DNA of 64,000 nucleotides from Candidatus Eiseniibacteriota bacterium (lineage in GTDB: Bacteria; Eisenbacteria; RBG-16-71-46; CAIMUX01; VGJL01), in assembly GCA_963792585.1 (NCBI GenBank), contig CAWBWI010000006.1, forward strand, positions 320,001 through 384,000, in the 5' to 3' direction. This document shows, one piece after another, positions 27,923 to 41,379 of this stretch (the stretch's first letter is position 1; the number at the start of each line of letters is the position of its first letter). The notes under the pieces were generated by a model. The model was not told where the DNA came from. It ran no database searches and was given only the letters and a program-made list of their open reading frames with translations. A program made the position numbers and the translations under genes.

Positions 27923-29242
27923 CACGGCACCTCCTGGATCGGGATCGGCTGTGTTTCGGCAGGGTAGCCCCAAAGGCTCGCAAGATAGTGGGCGAGCGCG
28001 CGCCTCTCCTCGTCGTTGCCGGCGAACGGGGGCATGAAGCCCTTCAGCTCATCCAGATGGCGTAGCTGTCCCGTGATGAAACTCTCCCGCCACCCGCGGA
28101 TCAGGGGTCGAATCGCGTTGTATCCATCCACCGTGTGGCAGGCTCCGCACTGGAAACGGAAGATCTCCACCCCCGCCTCGTGGCGGTTCGAGGCGGTGAC
28201 TTCGTGCACCGTCGCCCATCGCGCGGCCGGGAGGAACCCGCCCTTCGAAAGCTCCTCGACCTGCCCGGGCCGGATGTTGTTCGAGTACATCGCGCGATAG
28301 ACGATGTAGGGCTTGCGCACCGCCTCGCGCACCCACTCCGAGGTGCCCGTGACCGCGAAACCAACGACGAGGAAGAGGGTTGCGAGCGCGGGGCTGAAGC
28401 GCGCAGGGCTGCGATAGGCGGTCAGCCAGGTGAAGACGAGCAGGAAGGTCGAGATCCCGATGGAGGAGATGAGAAAGATCGTGACCGGCGGCGCTCCCCC
28501 GAAGACGATGTGCCGCGCTCCCGACGGCATCGCGAAGAAGTACCAGAGCCCGGCGAGGGGCATGATCCCCAATCCAACGAACACCCAACGGGCGGCATGC
28601 TTCACCATGGCCGCCCGGTGTCCTTCCGATCTTCAGCATCGACGCGGTCAGAAGCACATAGAGGCCGGTGAGCGAGATCGCCACACCGGTTCGGAGCAGG
28701 AGCGATGGGAAGTAGCTCGGGTTGAAGATGCCGTCCCAGAACCGCCCGGTCTCGAGCCAGCGGCCGGGCGTCAGCATGAACGCCAGAATGCCGTTGATCA
28801 CGACCAGGCTCATGTAGGCACTGATGAAGTAGATCCAGCCGACCTTCATGTGCAGCTTCGGCGAGAGCCGATCCCAGCCGTAGTAGTAGACCATCGCCGC
28901 GACGATCTCGATCAGGAAGAAGCACCATTCGATCGCCCAGCCGAAGACGAAGTTGTGGATCAGAAAGCTGGTTCCCGCGGGGTGGGCAAGGCCGATCGCG
29001 AACCAGATCCCCACGCCCGAGACGGCGCCGAAGACAAGGGTGAGAAGGATGAAGAACCGACCGTGCTCGCGCACGTAGGCGAGCATCTCACGATTGCCTT
29101 CGCGCCTGGCCTTGCGCTCCGTCAGGACGAGGAAGAGCCCGCCACCGACGGCGAAATGGGATACGAAGACGTGGGCGATGGCGATCAGGGCGATCACGAT
29201 GCCGCCGCCCAACAGGGGCACTTCCCAGAAGGGATAATCCAT
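27922..29242 (-). CDS. CydA-like subunit fused to a C-terminal cytochrome c (one frameshift near 28630)
   Basis: AHV..SHFAVGGG, GVGIWF, W.IEW.FF.IE, INGILAFMLTPG, EWVRE.VRKPY; C-terminal CGACH and MPPF; halves in ORFs 28049-29242 and 27922-28608. Confidence 0.8.
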
Positions 29243-29395
29243 ACCCGCTCCTCCCCTCGCCGCGTCTTTGAGGACGACCGACGGCGATGATCGCCCGGAT
29301 TAGAAACCGGCGCGCGGGGGAAGTCAATCCGAGGAGGAAGCGCGCCCGGAGACCCCGAGCGCATGCACGCGAGGAAAGCGGGGAGGAATGCCTGC

Positions 29396-30992
29396 CTACG
29401 GGCGCGTTTCTGCCCCCTCGCGAGACGATTCGACGCAACGCACGAACGCATCGACGAGCTCCGGATCGAACTGCTTGCCGGCCCGAGAGCGGATCAGATC
29501 GAGCGCCTCCTGGACCGAGAACTTTGCGCGATGCGGGCGTTCGTGGATCAATGCGTCGTAGGCGTTGGTGATCGCGAGGATCCTCGCGCCGAGGGGGATC
29601 CGCTCCCCCTTGAGGCCGTCGGGGACCCCTGAACCGTCCCAGTACTCCGCTTGGTGGCGGAGGGCTTCCGCGATGCCGTCGCGCGTTCCACCCGGCAGGA
29701 TGCGGCCTGCCGCCTCGCTCGCCTCGCGCTGGCGGAGCTTCCGCTCGGCCGGTGAGAGGATGACGGCGGTCCGCAGCAGCGATTCGTGCCGCTCGACCGC
29801 ACCGAGGTTGTGCATCAGGGCGGCGACCCCGAGCGCCTCGAGCTTCGCGCCGCCGATTTGCGAGACCTCGCCGAGGCGCAGGCTCCAATCGCGGACCCTC
29901 TCGGAGTGCCCGGCCAGCCAGGGATAGCGCGCCTCGAAGGCGCCCAGAAGCGACGTGATCGTATCGAGGAAGGCGGACTGGGTGCGGTCAAGCGACGCGG
30001 CGTTGGCCAATGAAGTCCCCACGCTCATGGCGAGCGCTTCCAGGAGCTTCAGATCGAAGCGATCGAGAGGTTGTCGGTCGGTTCTGTCGCCGACGCACAG
30101 GACCGCTCGCAGGTCTCCTTCCACGTGGACACCGATGCTCCAGAGCAGCCCGGCCGCCGAAAGGAGCCCCACCTCCCGCCCGCACTCCGGCCGGAGGGCC
30201 AGATCGTCCGTGGAATAGGCCAGCGCGCTTTCTGCGAGGATGCGGGCCGTCGCCGAGGCGGGATCGAACTCCAGCGCTCTCGGGTCATTGAGGTCGAAGA
30301 CCGCGATGGACCCACGGCCGCAGGCGATCTTCCTCGAGCACGAGCAGGGCGACCGCCTCGAAGTCGAGGATGCCGACGGCCGTCAACACGAAGCTGTTCA
30401 GGACCTCCGTGAGTGAACCGTGGCGGTTGAGCTCGTCGATCTTCTCGAGGATCGTGCCCAGTCGATTCAGGTGGCTCTGGAAGTCCGCGCGGGTCTCGCG
30501 CAGCTTGTCGCGATGGCGGCGCACCTCTTCTTCCAGGGCCTCCGCCTTCATGGCGAGCACGTCCCGGTCGCGGTTGCGCTCGAGGATCCGCTGCATCTTG
30601 AGCAACAGCTCCCGCGGCGAAAACGGCTTGGTCAGATAGTCGTCAGCTCCGGCGCGCAGGCCCTGGAGACGGCTCTCCGTCGCCGCGTTGCCCGAGATCA
30701 GGATGATCGGAAGGGTCTTGTGTTCCGGCTCCTTGCGGAGCGTTTCGCAGACATCGAAACCCGAGCGCCTGGGGATGCGGACGTCGAGAACCACGAAGTC
30801 GGGGTGCGAGGCGCGGACGGTCTCGAGAGCTTCTTCACCGTCGTGCGCGGTCAATACGCGATAGCCCCGGCCCCCCAGCGTGATCTGCAGCAGTTCGACG
30901 ACGCGCGCGTCGTCGTCGACGACGAGCACGGTCGGTGGGCGTTGCTCGGGCGTCGAACCGGTTTCGGGCTGCTGCGGCGTCACACGTTCCAT
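29396..30992 (-). CDS. Response regulator receiver + GAF-like + degenerate HD-GYP protein (one frameshift near 30298)
   Basis: REC: VLVVDDD, VVLDV.IP, GADDYLTKPF; HD-GYP-like: GHSERV, MHNLG, EYWDGSGVPDGLKGERIP.GARILA..NAYDAL, GKQFDP. Confidence 0.85.
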
Positions 30993-31025
30993 CGCGGTCC
31001 TGCCCTCCTTGTCGATGTCGAAACG

Positions 31026-32393
31026 TCAGTGGCTCCGATTGCCGCGCTTCTCCGTCAGGATCGCGTCGAGTTCCGATTCCGAGAACGGGAACATCAGGGC
31101 CGGCCCCTCCCGCCCCGGGAAACCCGAGATTCGAGATCCGACGCGGATCACGGGGACATCCCGCTCCGTCACGCGCCGCAGGAGCATTCCTTCCGTCGCC
31201 TCGGATTCGCCGTTTCCATGCGCCTCGAGAAAGAGCAGGTCCCAGCGGCCGAGATCGAGCGAGACGGTCGCGGCCTCGAGACCGGCGGCCTCGCCGACCT
31301 GCCAGCCCCGCCCGCGCAGGTGCCTGCAGATCGCGACCCGCGCCGGGAGGTAACGTACGGCGACCAGGGCGCGCAACGGTCCGTGGCGATCCCGTTCGTC
31401 CGCCGCCTTCTGATCCTCGAGGCTCCCCCCGTTCGCGCCGTTCGGGATGACACTCGCCGCGAACGTGCGCAGCATGGGCACCTTGAGTACCTGGATCCGC
31501 GCGCCGCGTTCCTGCTGGATCGCAGCGCCGAGCGGCCCGACGCCGAGCATCCGCTCGCAGGCGACCGCGGCCCGCTCGCCGTCCTGCTCGAGTACCACGA
31601 AGTACTTCTCTTCTTTCGAGACGCCGTGGAGCAGCAGCCCCAGGCTGACCAGCTCGACGGCGCCGCGCTCGGTCCCCACCGTCTCGGGGATGACGGGCGA
31701 TCCGATCGAGCCGATCTGGATGACATGGTCCCAGAGGACTCCGACTCTCGCATCTTCCGACTCGAGGATCAGAACGGGAGCTTCCGCGTTCACGCTCTCG
31801 TCGAGATCGTCCGGTCCATCGGACGACGCTTCGCGGTCCGCCTCCGCCTCGATCGGAATCGCCGCCTCCTTCGCAGGCGACCGCTTGCCGTTGCCCTCCA
31901 CCCCTTCTTCCTCCTCGAGCAGCACGGCGCGCTCGTCGGGGCTGAGGGGCTCCTCAGGCGTGGACTCGGCGACGGCATCGACGGCCATCACCGGCTCGTC
32001 CGCCGGCTTCGGGGGCGACGGGGAAATCGCCTGCGGCGGCGCCGCCTCCTCCACGGGCTCCGCGTTGTCCGGGGGCAGCGGCTGCACCGCCGGCCCGATC
32101 GATGTCGCGGACGGCATCTCCGGCTCCGTCGACGCCAACCCATCCGCGCCCGGCGCCGGCGGGCGCACCTGCGAGACGGTCGGCGACGCAATCGGTTGTG
32201 CGACCGCGGTGCTCGTATCCTCGATGGGCCCGGCCGTCGCGGTGCCTCGATGCATCTGCTCCATTATCTTCGCGAGGTCGCCCATCAGTCTCGCCTGCGC
32301 GCGCGACAGAACGCTCAGATCGCGCAACAGGACCCAGAGGATCTCGTTCGCGTCCCACCCTCCCGGTGGACCCGGCGCGCGTTGCTCGCTCAT
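31026..32393 (-). CDS. Hypothetical protein: Pro/Ala/Glu-rich linker, CheW-like domain and C-terminal pseudo-receiver
   Basis: LVSLG.LL.....YFVVLEQDGERAAVACERMLGV (CheW/P5-like); C-terminal ALVA...ARVAICRHLRGRGWQVGEA.....WDLLFLE receiver-like fold lacking the acidic pocket. Confidence 0.6.
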   Translation of the reverse strand: MSEQRAPGPPGGWDANEILWVLLRDLSVLSRAQARLMGDLAKIMEQMHRGTATAGPIEDTSTAVAQPIASPTVSQVRPPAPGADGLASTEPEMPSATSIGPAVQPLPPDNAEPVEEAAPPQAISPSPPKPADEPVMAVDAVAESTPEEPLSPDERAVLLEEEEGVEGNGKRSPAKEAAIPIEAEADREASSDGPDDLDESVNAEAPVLILESEDARVGVLWDHVIQIGSIGSPVIPETVGTERGAVELVSLGLLLHGVSKEEKYFVVLEQDGERAAVACERMLGVGPLGAAIQQERGARIQVLKVPMLRTFAASVIPNGANGGSLEDQKAADERDRHGPLRALVAVRYLPARVAICRHLRGRGWQVGEAAGLEAATVSLDLGRWDLLFLEAHGNGESEATEGMLLRRVTERDVPVIRVGSRISGFPGREGPALMFPFSESELDAILTEKRGNRSH

Positions 32394-33340
32394 TGTGTCT
32401 CCCCCCTCGACGGCATGGAGGAGCGATCCGCCCCTCCGGCCTCTGAGTCACCCCTGAGCCATTGTGCGACGACGCGGCGGAGTCTCGCTACCTCCGACCT
32501 CACATCGTCGAAACCATCGACGGCCCCCTCCCGCGATCGGGTCTTTTCCCGCAGATCCGCGAGCGCCGCCGAGAAATCCTTGAAACAGGCGCCGAGGTCG
32601 CCCGCCATCTGGGGCGATCGCCGCCGAGCCAGCTCAACCTCCAAGGACCAAACCGTGCCCGCCCGCTCGAGCCGATCGAGTTGCGCTCGGATCCCCGGCG
32701 GGCCCGAAACTCCTCCCGCGGCCATGCGGTCATCGATCGCCGCCAGGCCCGCCTCCAACGTCTCCATCCCCTCGCGCATCTCCGAGCAGAATCGATCGAA
32801 CTCCCGCGTGAGACCGATGGGGTGTTGGTTGCCGTTCTTGCCGATCGCCGCCGGCAGTCGACCCTTCGCCGCGCACCGCCGGAGCTCCGCCCGGATCTCG
32901 GCCGCCTCTCTCTGAAAGCCCTCCAGATCCACCAGCGCCTGGGCCCCCGCGCGATTCTGCTGGGCGATCATGTGGATCCGCAGGAAGAGCCTGCGCAGGT
33001 CCGGATCGCTCGTCTGCAAGTCGTAGCCCGCCGGCCCTTCCGGAATCTCCGAGCCGCTCGCGATCCGCTGCAGGGCCCGGAGCGGCCGCAGCGCGCCGTC
33101 CACGAGGGAGAGGCCGCAACCGAGGGAGACGAGCAGGAAAAGGACCACCAATCCCGCCCCGCCGAAACGAAGGAGTGGGGGAACTTCCGCGATGCGGACC
33201 GACTCGCGAAGGACGAATTCGACCAAGAGCATGTAGGTGGCGCCCAGGAAAAGCGTCGGGAGCAGGCACAGGAGGAGGGTCCGGTTTCGGATCGTACTCC
33301 CGTGGACCGACGAGCGGGGCGAGGCGTGAAGATCTTCCAC
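32390..33340 (-). CDS. Two-TM membrane protein with HAMP-like and coiled-coil region (degenerate MCP-like)
   Basis: RBS GGAGAGG before GTG 33340; two TM helices then LRPLRALQRIA; LEVELARR..QMAG resembles the MCP hairpin LNAAIEAAR.GE.G; ATGA overlap with the next gene. Confidence 0.6.
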   Translation of the reverse strand: MEDLHASPRSSVHGSTIRNRTLLLCLLPTLFLGATYMLLVEFVLRESVRIAEVPPLLRFGGAGLVVLFLLVSLGCGLSLVDGALRPLRALQRIASGSEIPEGPAGYDLQTSDPDLRRLFLRIHMIAQQNRAGAQALVDLEGFQREAAEIRAELRRCAAKGRLPAAIGKNGNQHPIGLTREFDRFCSEMREGMETLEAGLAAIDDRMAAGGVSGPPGIRAQLDRLERAGTVWSLEVELARRRSPQMAGDLGACFKDFSAALADLREKTRSREGAVDGFDDVRSEVARLRRVVAQWLRGDSEAGGADRSSMPSRGETQ

Positions 33341-33661
33341 CAAGCCTCTCCAGGCGGCAACGGCACCCTGCACGGAGTGGGGTGGTTGCGGTTGCAGGAT
33401 GCATGGACTCCCGAGCCTGAGCATTGCGCAACCGTCCGAAGTCGATGGGTTTCCTCACCCGCCGAACCGACGGTCCGTTCTTTCCGGGGACCTGGGCAAC
33501 GGTTCAATTCGTGTCGGACCGGATGAGACCGCACGTCCCTTATCGCAAGTTCCGTCACATGTTCGACTATCCGAAGAATCGCGCCGGATCTGATCCGCTC
33601 CTGCCCGGTCCTCGTCCCCCTCCGTCGTCCAGGCGATTTCCGAACGACCCGACCGGCAGGA

Positions 33662-33677
33662 TGGCACGCGCCTTGCA
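33662..33677 (+). promoter_or_regulatory. Sigma54 (-24/-12) promoter
   Basis: TGGCAC-GCGCC-TTGCA, a perfect match to TGGCAC-N5-TTGCW, 97 bp upstream of ATG 33774. Confidence 0.8.
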
Positions 33678-33773
33678 GCCTTGGTGTCCCGGAGAACGGA
33701 CGATACCACGGCGGCCGCGAAGACTGTCAAGACCGTTCCTCCGTTCGTGTTGGTTTACGGAACGAGGGGTGTC

Positions 33774-34565
33774 ATGGACGCACGCACTTCATACATCGAG
33801 CTGCCCTCCGGCTGTCGGGATCCCAGGCCGACCTATCACTTCATGATGAAGTGCCTCCTCTACTCGCGCATGGAAACCGGTCTGGTTTCGAACCAGGATT
33901 TCTATGACGAGGACGTGAACGTCTACATCGCCCACCTGCTGAACGCGATGATCCAGCCCGATCACTTCGAGCAGGCGCGGCGATACCTCTCTCCCTACGA
34001 CACCGAGGTCTTCCGCCGCCTCGCGAACAGCAAGGACGCCCGGTTGAAGTACACGCTCTACAAGACGAACGCGGACTTCCTCCTCATCTCGCTCGGCATC
34101 TTCGACAATCCGGACGCGGCATTGCCGGAAGGAACGCCCACGCATTCCTTGGCTCGCGATGCCATGAGGCCGACGGAGGAAGCAACGATCGGACGCGGTC
34201 GCACCTACTATCGCTTCGCATACACCTACAGCCAGATCGTCCATGGACGGAATGCCGGCATATCCGAGGTCTTGGAGAAGCTCTCAACCAACTTCGATAA
34301 GTACCTGCGAATCCTCACCCACATGCGCGGCGAGTATCTCGATCTGCTCAAGCGCCTATCGACCGGAGAGATCTACCATCTGGAGCGGGTCGCAAACGAG
34401 GAACAGCGCACGGAGTGTCTCAAGGACAAGCAGGACCAGTTCCTGGATCTCTATCTCGAGTGGAAGAGGACGGGGGCGGAGGACGTGCGTGACCGGATCT
34501 CGCGGCTCGTAAGGGAGATTCGAGACCTCGATCCGACGTTCCACTTCGAGATGCCTCATATCTAG
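33774..34565 (+). CDS. Conserved hypothetical helical protein
   Basis: RBS GAGGGG; good codon bias; DEDVNVY.AHLL, ADF.L..LGIF, GR.YY..A, L.KLS..F..Y..IL motifs. Confidence 0.85.
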   Translation: MDARTSYIELPSGCRDPRPTYHFMMKCLLYSRMETGLVSNQDFYDEDVNVYIAHLLNAMIQPDHFEQARRYLSPYDTEVFRRLANSKDARLKYTLYKTNADFLLISLGIFDNPDAALPEGTPTHSLARDAMRPTEEATIGRGRTYYRFAYTYSQIVHGRNAGISEVLEKLSTNFDKYLRILTHMRGEYLDLLKRLSTGEIYHLERVANEEQRTECLKDKQDQFLDLYLEWKRTGAEDVRDRISRLVREIRDLDPTFHFEMPHI

Positions 34566-34574
34566 CGCTTCAGC

Positions 34575-34627
34575 CCGACCCCCCTTCCCAGTCCCCCCTC
34601 CGGCCAAACCCCCGGAAGGGGGGTCGG
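34575..34627. terminator. Stem-loop between convergent genes
   Basis: 14-bp perfect IR CCGACCCCCCTTCC / GGAAGGGGGGTCGG. Confidence 0.6.
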
Positions 34628-34667
34628 CGTTTGGGGCGGAAAGTCGGGCAGGCGGCGCGAGCGGGGA

Positions 34668-36944
<2,277 letters not shown>

Positions 36945-37001
36945 CTATGTCCGCCCAAGACTGATAGGGATTCGAGGCTGACGATAGGTTCTCCAGATCC
37001 G

Positions 37002-37049
37002 GGCTGTCAAGACGACCCTTGACAGCGACCGGGTGGACCGCCATAGACT
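37002..37049. promoter_or_regulatory. Back-to-back sigma70-type promoters (OMP-guaB and tRNA-tilS)
   Basis: Palindrome GCTGTCAAG-N6-CTTGACAGC gives TTGACA on both strands; candidate -10s are TAGACT (+, 37044) and TATCGT (-, 36986). Confidence 0.5.
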
Positions 37050-37075
37050 CAGCGCTCGGTCAGTCGAATTGCGAC

Positions 37076-37148
37076 GGCGGTGTAGCTCAGTTGGTAGAGC
37101 AAGTGAATCATAATCACTGGGTCCGGGGTTCGAGTCCCTGCGCCGCCA
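37076..37148 (+). tRNA. tRNA with CAU anticodon, probably elongator tRNA-Met; CCA not encoded
   Basis: GGCGGTG/CGCCGCC acceptor stem; GCTC-AGTTGGTA-GAGC D arm; AGTGA-ATCATAA-TCACT anticodon arm; CGGGG-TTCGAGT-CCCTG T arm; G1-C72 pairing excludes the initiator. Confidence 0.93.
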
Positions 37149-37170
37149 ATCCTCCCGACCGAAACACCCC

Positions 37171-38709
37171 ATGAAACTTGCCACAGCCATCGAATCTGCA
37201 TTCTTGGCGGCCCTACGCCCGCATCTCGCATCGAACGATTGTTCGGGTGCCGGCGGGGCCGGTTTCCTGGTGGCCATCTCGGGCGGTCTCGACTCCTCCG
37301 CGCTTTTACGCGTCGCAATGACCACTGCGCCGGAGCATGGCCGGAGGATCGTCGCGGGTCACGTGAACCACGGCGTCCGTGTCGATGCCGATGCGGAGGA
37401 AGCCCGCCTGCGCATCCTCTGCCGCGACCTGGGCGTCCCATTTCGTTGCGTGCGACTCCGGTTGCGCATGAGACGCACGCACGGGATCGCGCATGCGCGA
37501 CCCGCGCCGTCAGAAGACGCGATGCGCCGCGCGCGGGGCGCCGCCCTCCGGCGGATGGCCGCCGCAGCCGAATGCGGGTGGATCCTTCTGGGGCACCAGA
37601 TGGACGATCAGGCGGAGACGCTCCTGCTCAATCTGCTCCGCGGGGCGGGCCTGCGGGGGTTGGCAGGCATGCCGCACCGTCGCGGAAACGTCCTGCGGCC
37701 GCTGCTCGGCATCTCCAGGGCATCGCTCCGTTCCTACATGGAGGCCATCGACGCCCCATGGGTGGAGGATCCGACCAACCTGGATCTCGGGATCGCTCGA
37801 AACCGGATGCGGCACAGGATCCTGCCGCTCCTCGAGGCGGAGTTGCAGCCGCGCGCGACGGCGGCGATCGCGCGGGCGGCCGGCCACCTGCAGCTCGCCC
37901 TCGGGGCTCTCGAAGCGCAAGCGGACGCTTGCCTCGCCTCCTGCGCGCTCCCATCGGATGAAGATGACATCCGGCTCGATCCGATCCGCCTCCGTTCCCA
38001 CCATCGAGGATTGATCGAATTCACATTGAGACAAGCCGTTGCGCGGATCCGGGGGTCCATGAACGATATCCCGGCCTCGCTGTGGACGTCGATCGTCGAC
38101 CTCTGTCTGGAGGGCCGGCCCGGCCGATTCCACCTCCCCGGTGGCGCAACCGTCGAGGCGACCGACCGCTTGATCCGCGTGGGGAAGGGCATCGGCAGCG
38201 AGAGAGGCTCGCCGGGCCCCGCAGCGCGGGACGGAAACCCGGCGGAGGGATTCTCGGCATGGCGGGCTACGGCGCCTGCGGGATCCTCATCGATTCCTTC
38301 TTCGGGAACGCTATCCTGGGGGCTGGGTCGGATTCGCTTCCGCACGGTCGAACCGGGCCGCGCGGCGCGGCTGCGTGTCCGGGGCCTGGAGCGGGTCCAG
38401 GTATTCGATGCTTCCGAGGTCCGATTCCCGGTCGCGCTTCGTTCCCCCAAGGGCGGGGACCGTATGGCGATGGAAGACGGGCAAGGTTCTCGAAGGCTTT
38501 CCGATCTATTATCGGAGCGAGGGGTGCCCCGCTCCCTTCGGGCGGATCAGCCGGTGCTCGAAGACGCAGCGGGTATCCTCTGGGCGCCGGGCATCCGCCG
38601 GGCGGCACGAGCAATGGTCGGCGAAGGTACGCGGAGGTTCTGGATCGTGCGGTGGTTTGGGCGGTTGCCGTCGGAGCGTGGGCTCAAGGGAGGAACGTCG
38701 AGGGAATGA
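37171..38709 (+). CDS. tilS: tRNA(Ile)-lysidine synthetase
   Basis: AISGG.DS, HVNHG.R, GH..DDQAET.L.NL.RG, RPLL, EDPTN, RN.MR; C-terminal TilS_C. Confidence 0.93.
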   Translation: MKLATAIESAFLAALRPHLASNDCSGAGGAGFLVAISGGLDSSALLRVAMTTAPEHGRRIVAGHVNHGVRVDADAEEARLRILCRDLGVPFRCVRLRLRMRRTHGIAHARPAPSEDAMRRARGAALRRMAAAAECGWILLGHQMDDQAETLLLNLLRGAGLRGLAGMPHRRGNVLRPLLGISRASLRSYMEAIDAPWVEDPTNLDLGIARNRMRHRILPLLEAELQPRATAAIARAAGHLQLALGALEAQADACLASCALPSDEDDIRLDPIRLRSHHRGLIEFTLRQAVARIRGSMNDIPASLWTSIVDLCLEGRPGRFHLPGGATVEATDRLIRVGKGIGSERGSPGPAARDGNPAEGFSAWRATAPAGSSSIPSSGTLSWGLGRIRFRTVEPGRAARLRVRGLERVQVFDASEVRFPVALRSPKGGDRMAMEDGQGSRRLSDLLSERGVPRSLRADQPVLEDAAGILWAPGIRRAARAMVGEGTRRFWIVRWFGRLPSERGLKGGTSRE

Positions 38710-39287
38710 TCGGGCCGTCGGGAGCGACTCGAATCGTGGGCGGACGCGAATTCCTCGTCGTGCGCTCGCAGGAGGAGATCGCCGCGGACGTCGAGAGGAT
38801 CAGCGGAGAGATTCGCCGGCTCGCGCACGGGCGCGTGCCGGTCTTCATCGCGATGCTCAAAGGCAGCTTCGTCTTTCTTGCGGATCTGATTCGTGCGTAC
38901 GGCGAGCCGCACGAGATCGACTTTCTCTCGGTCACGCGCTATGACCCGGCGCGCAAGGATCCCGGCTCGGTGCGCGTGCTTCACGATCTGTCGTCCAACA
39001 TCTCGGGACGGCTGGTCGTCGTGGTGGAGGCGATCCGCACCCGCGGGCTCAAGATCGAGTACGTCGACCGATTCTTGCGCCTGAGCGGACCGGATGAAAT
39101 CATCTACGCTGCGTGCACGCGCCAGAGTGGAGCCGAGCAAGGATCGATCCCCCTGCACTCCTGGGGATTCGAGATCGATGATGACGACTACGTAATCGGA
39201 TATGGACTCGACCTCGATGAGCGCTTCCGGAATCTTCCGTTCATTGGAGTCATCGAGGACGAGCACGAAACCGGCCGCGCCGGTTAG
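38706..39287 (+). CDS. hpt: Hypoxanthine phosphoribosyltransferase-like protein with degenerate PRPP motif
   Basis: LKGSFVFLADL.R, DF.SV..Y, GFEI.D.YVIGYGLD..E.FRNLP.I; VVEAIRTRG in place of VEDIIDTG; tilS-hpt-ftsH synteny. Confidence 0.85.
   Translation: MIGPSGATRIVGGREFLVVRSQEEIAADVERISGEIRRLAHGRVPVFIAMLKGSFVFLADLIRAYGEPHEIDFLSVTRYDPARKDPGSVRVLHDLSSNISGRLVVVVEAIRTRGLKIEYVDRFLRLSGPDEIIYAACTRQSGAEQGSIPLHSWGFEIDDDDYVIGYGLDLDERFRNLPFIGVIEDEHETGRAG

Positions 39288-41375
<2,088 letters not shown>

Positions 41376-41379
<4 letters not shown>

Noticed and set aside
30420..32915. Long antisense or alternate-frame ORFs (e.g. 831 aa here; also 5478-7433, 3305-4897, 24089-25714)
   Set aside because: Expected in high-GC DNA; Arg/Pro-rich or mirror-frame composition with no motifs, opposite well-supported genes
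37076..37170. tRNA as an integration site for a genomic island
   Set aside because: Followed directly by core tilS; no integrase and no duplicated tRNA 3' end was noticed
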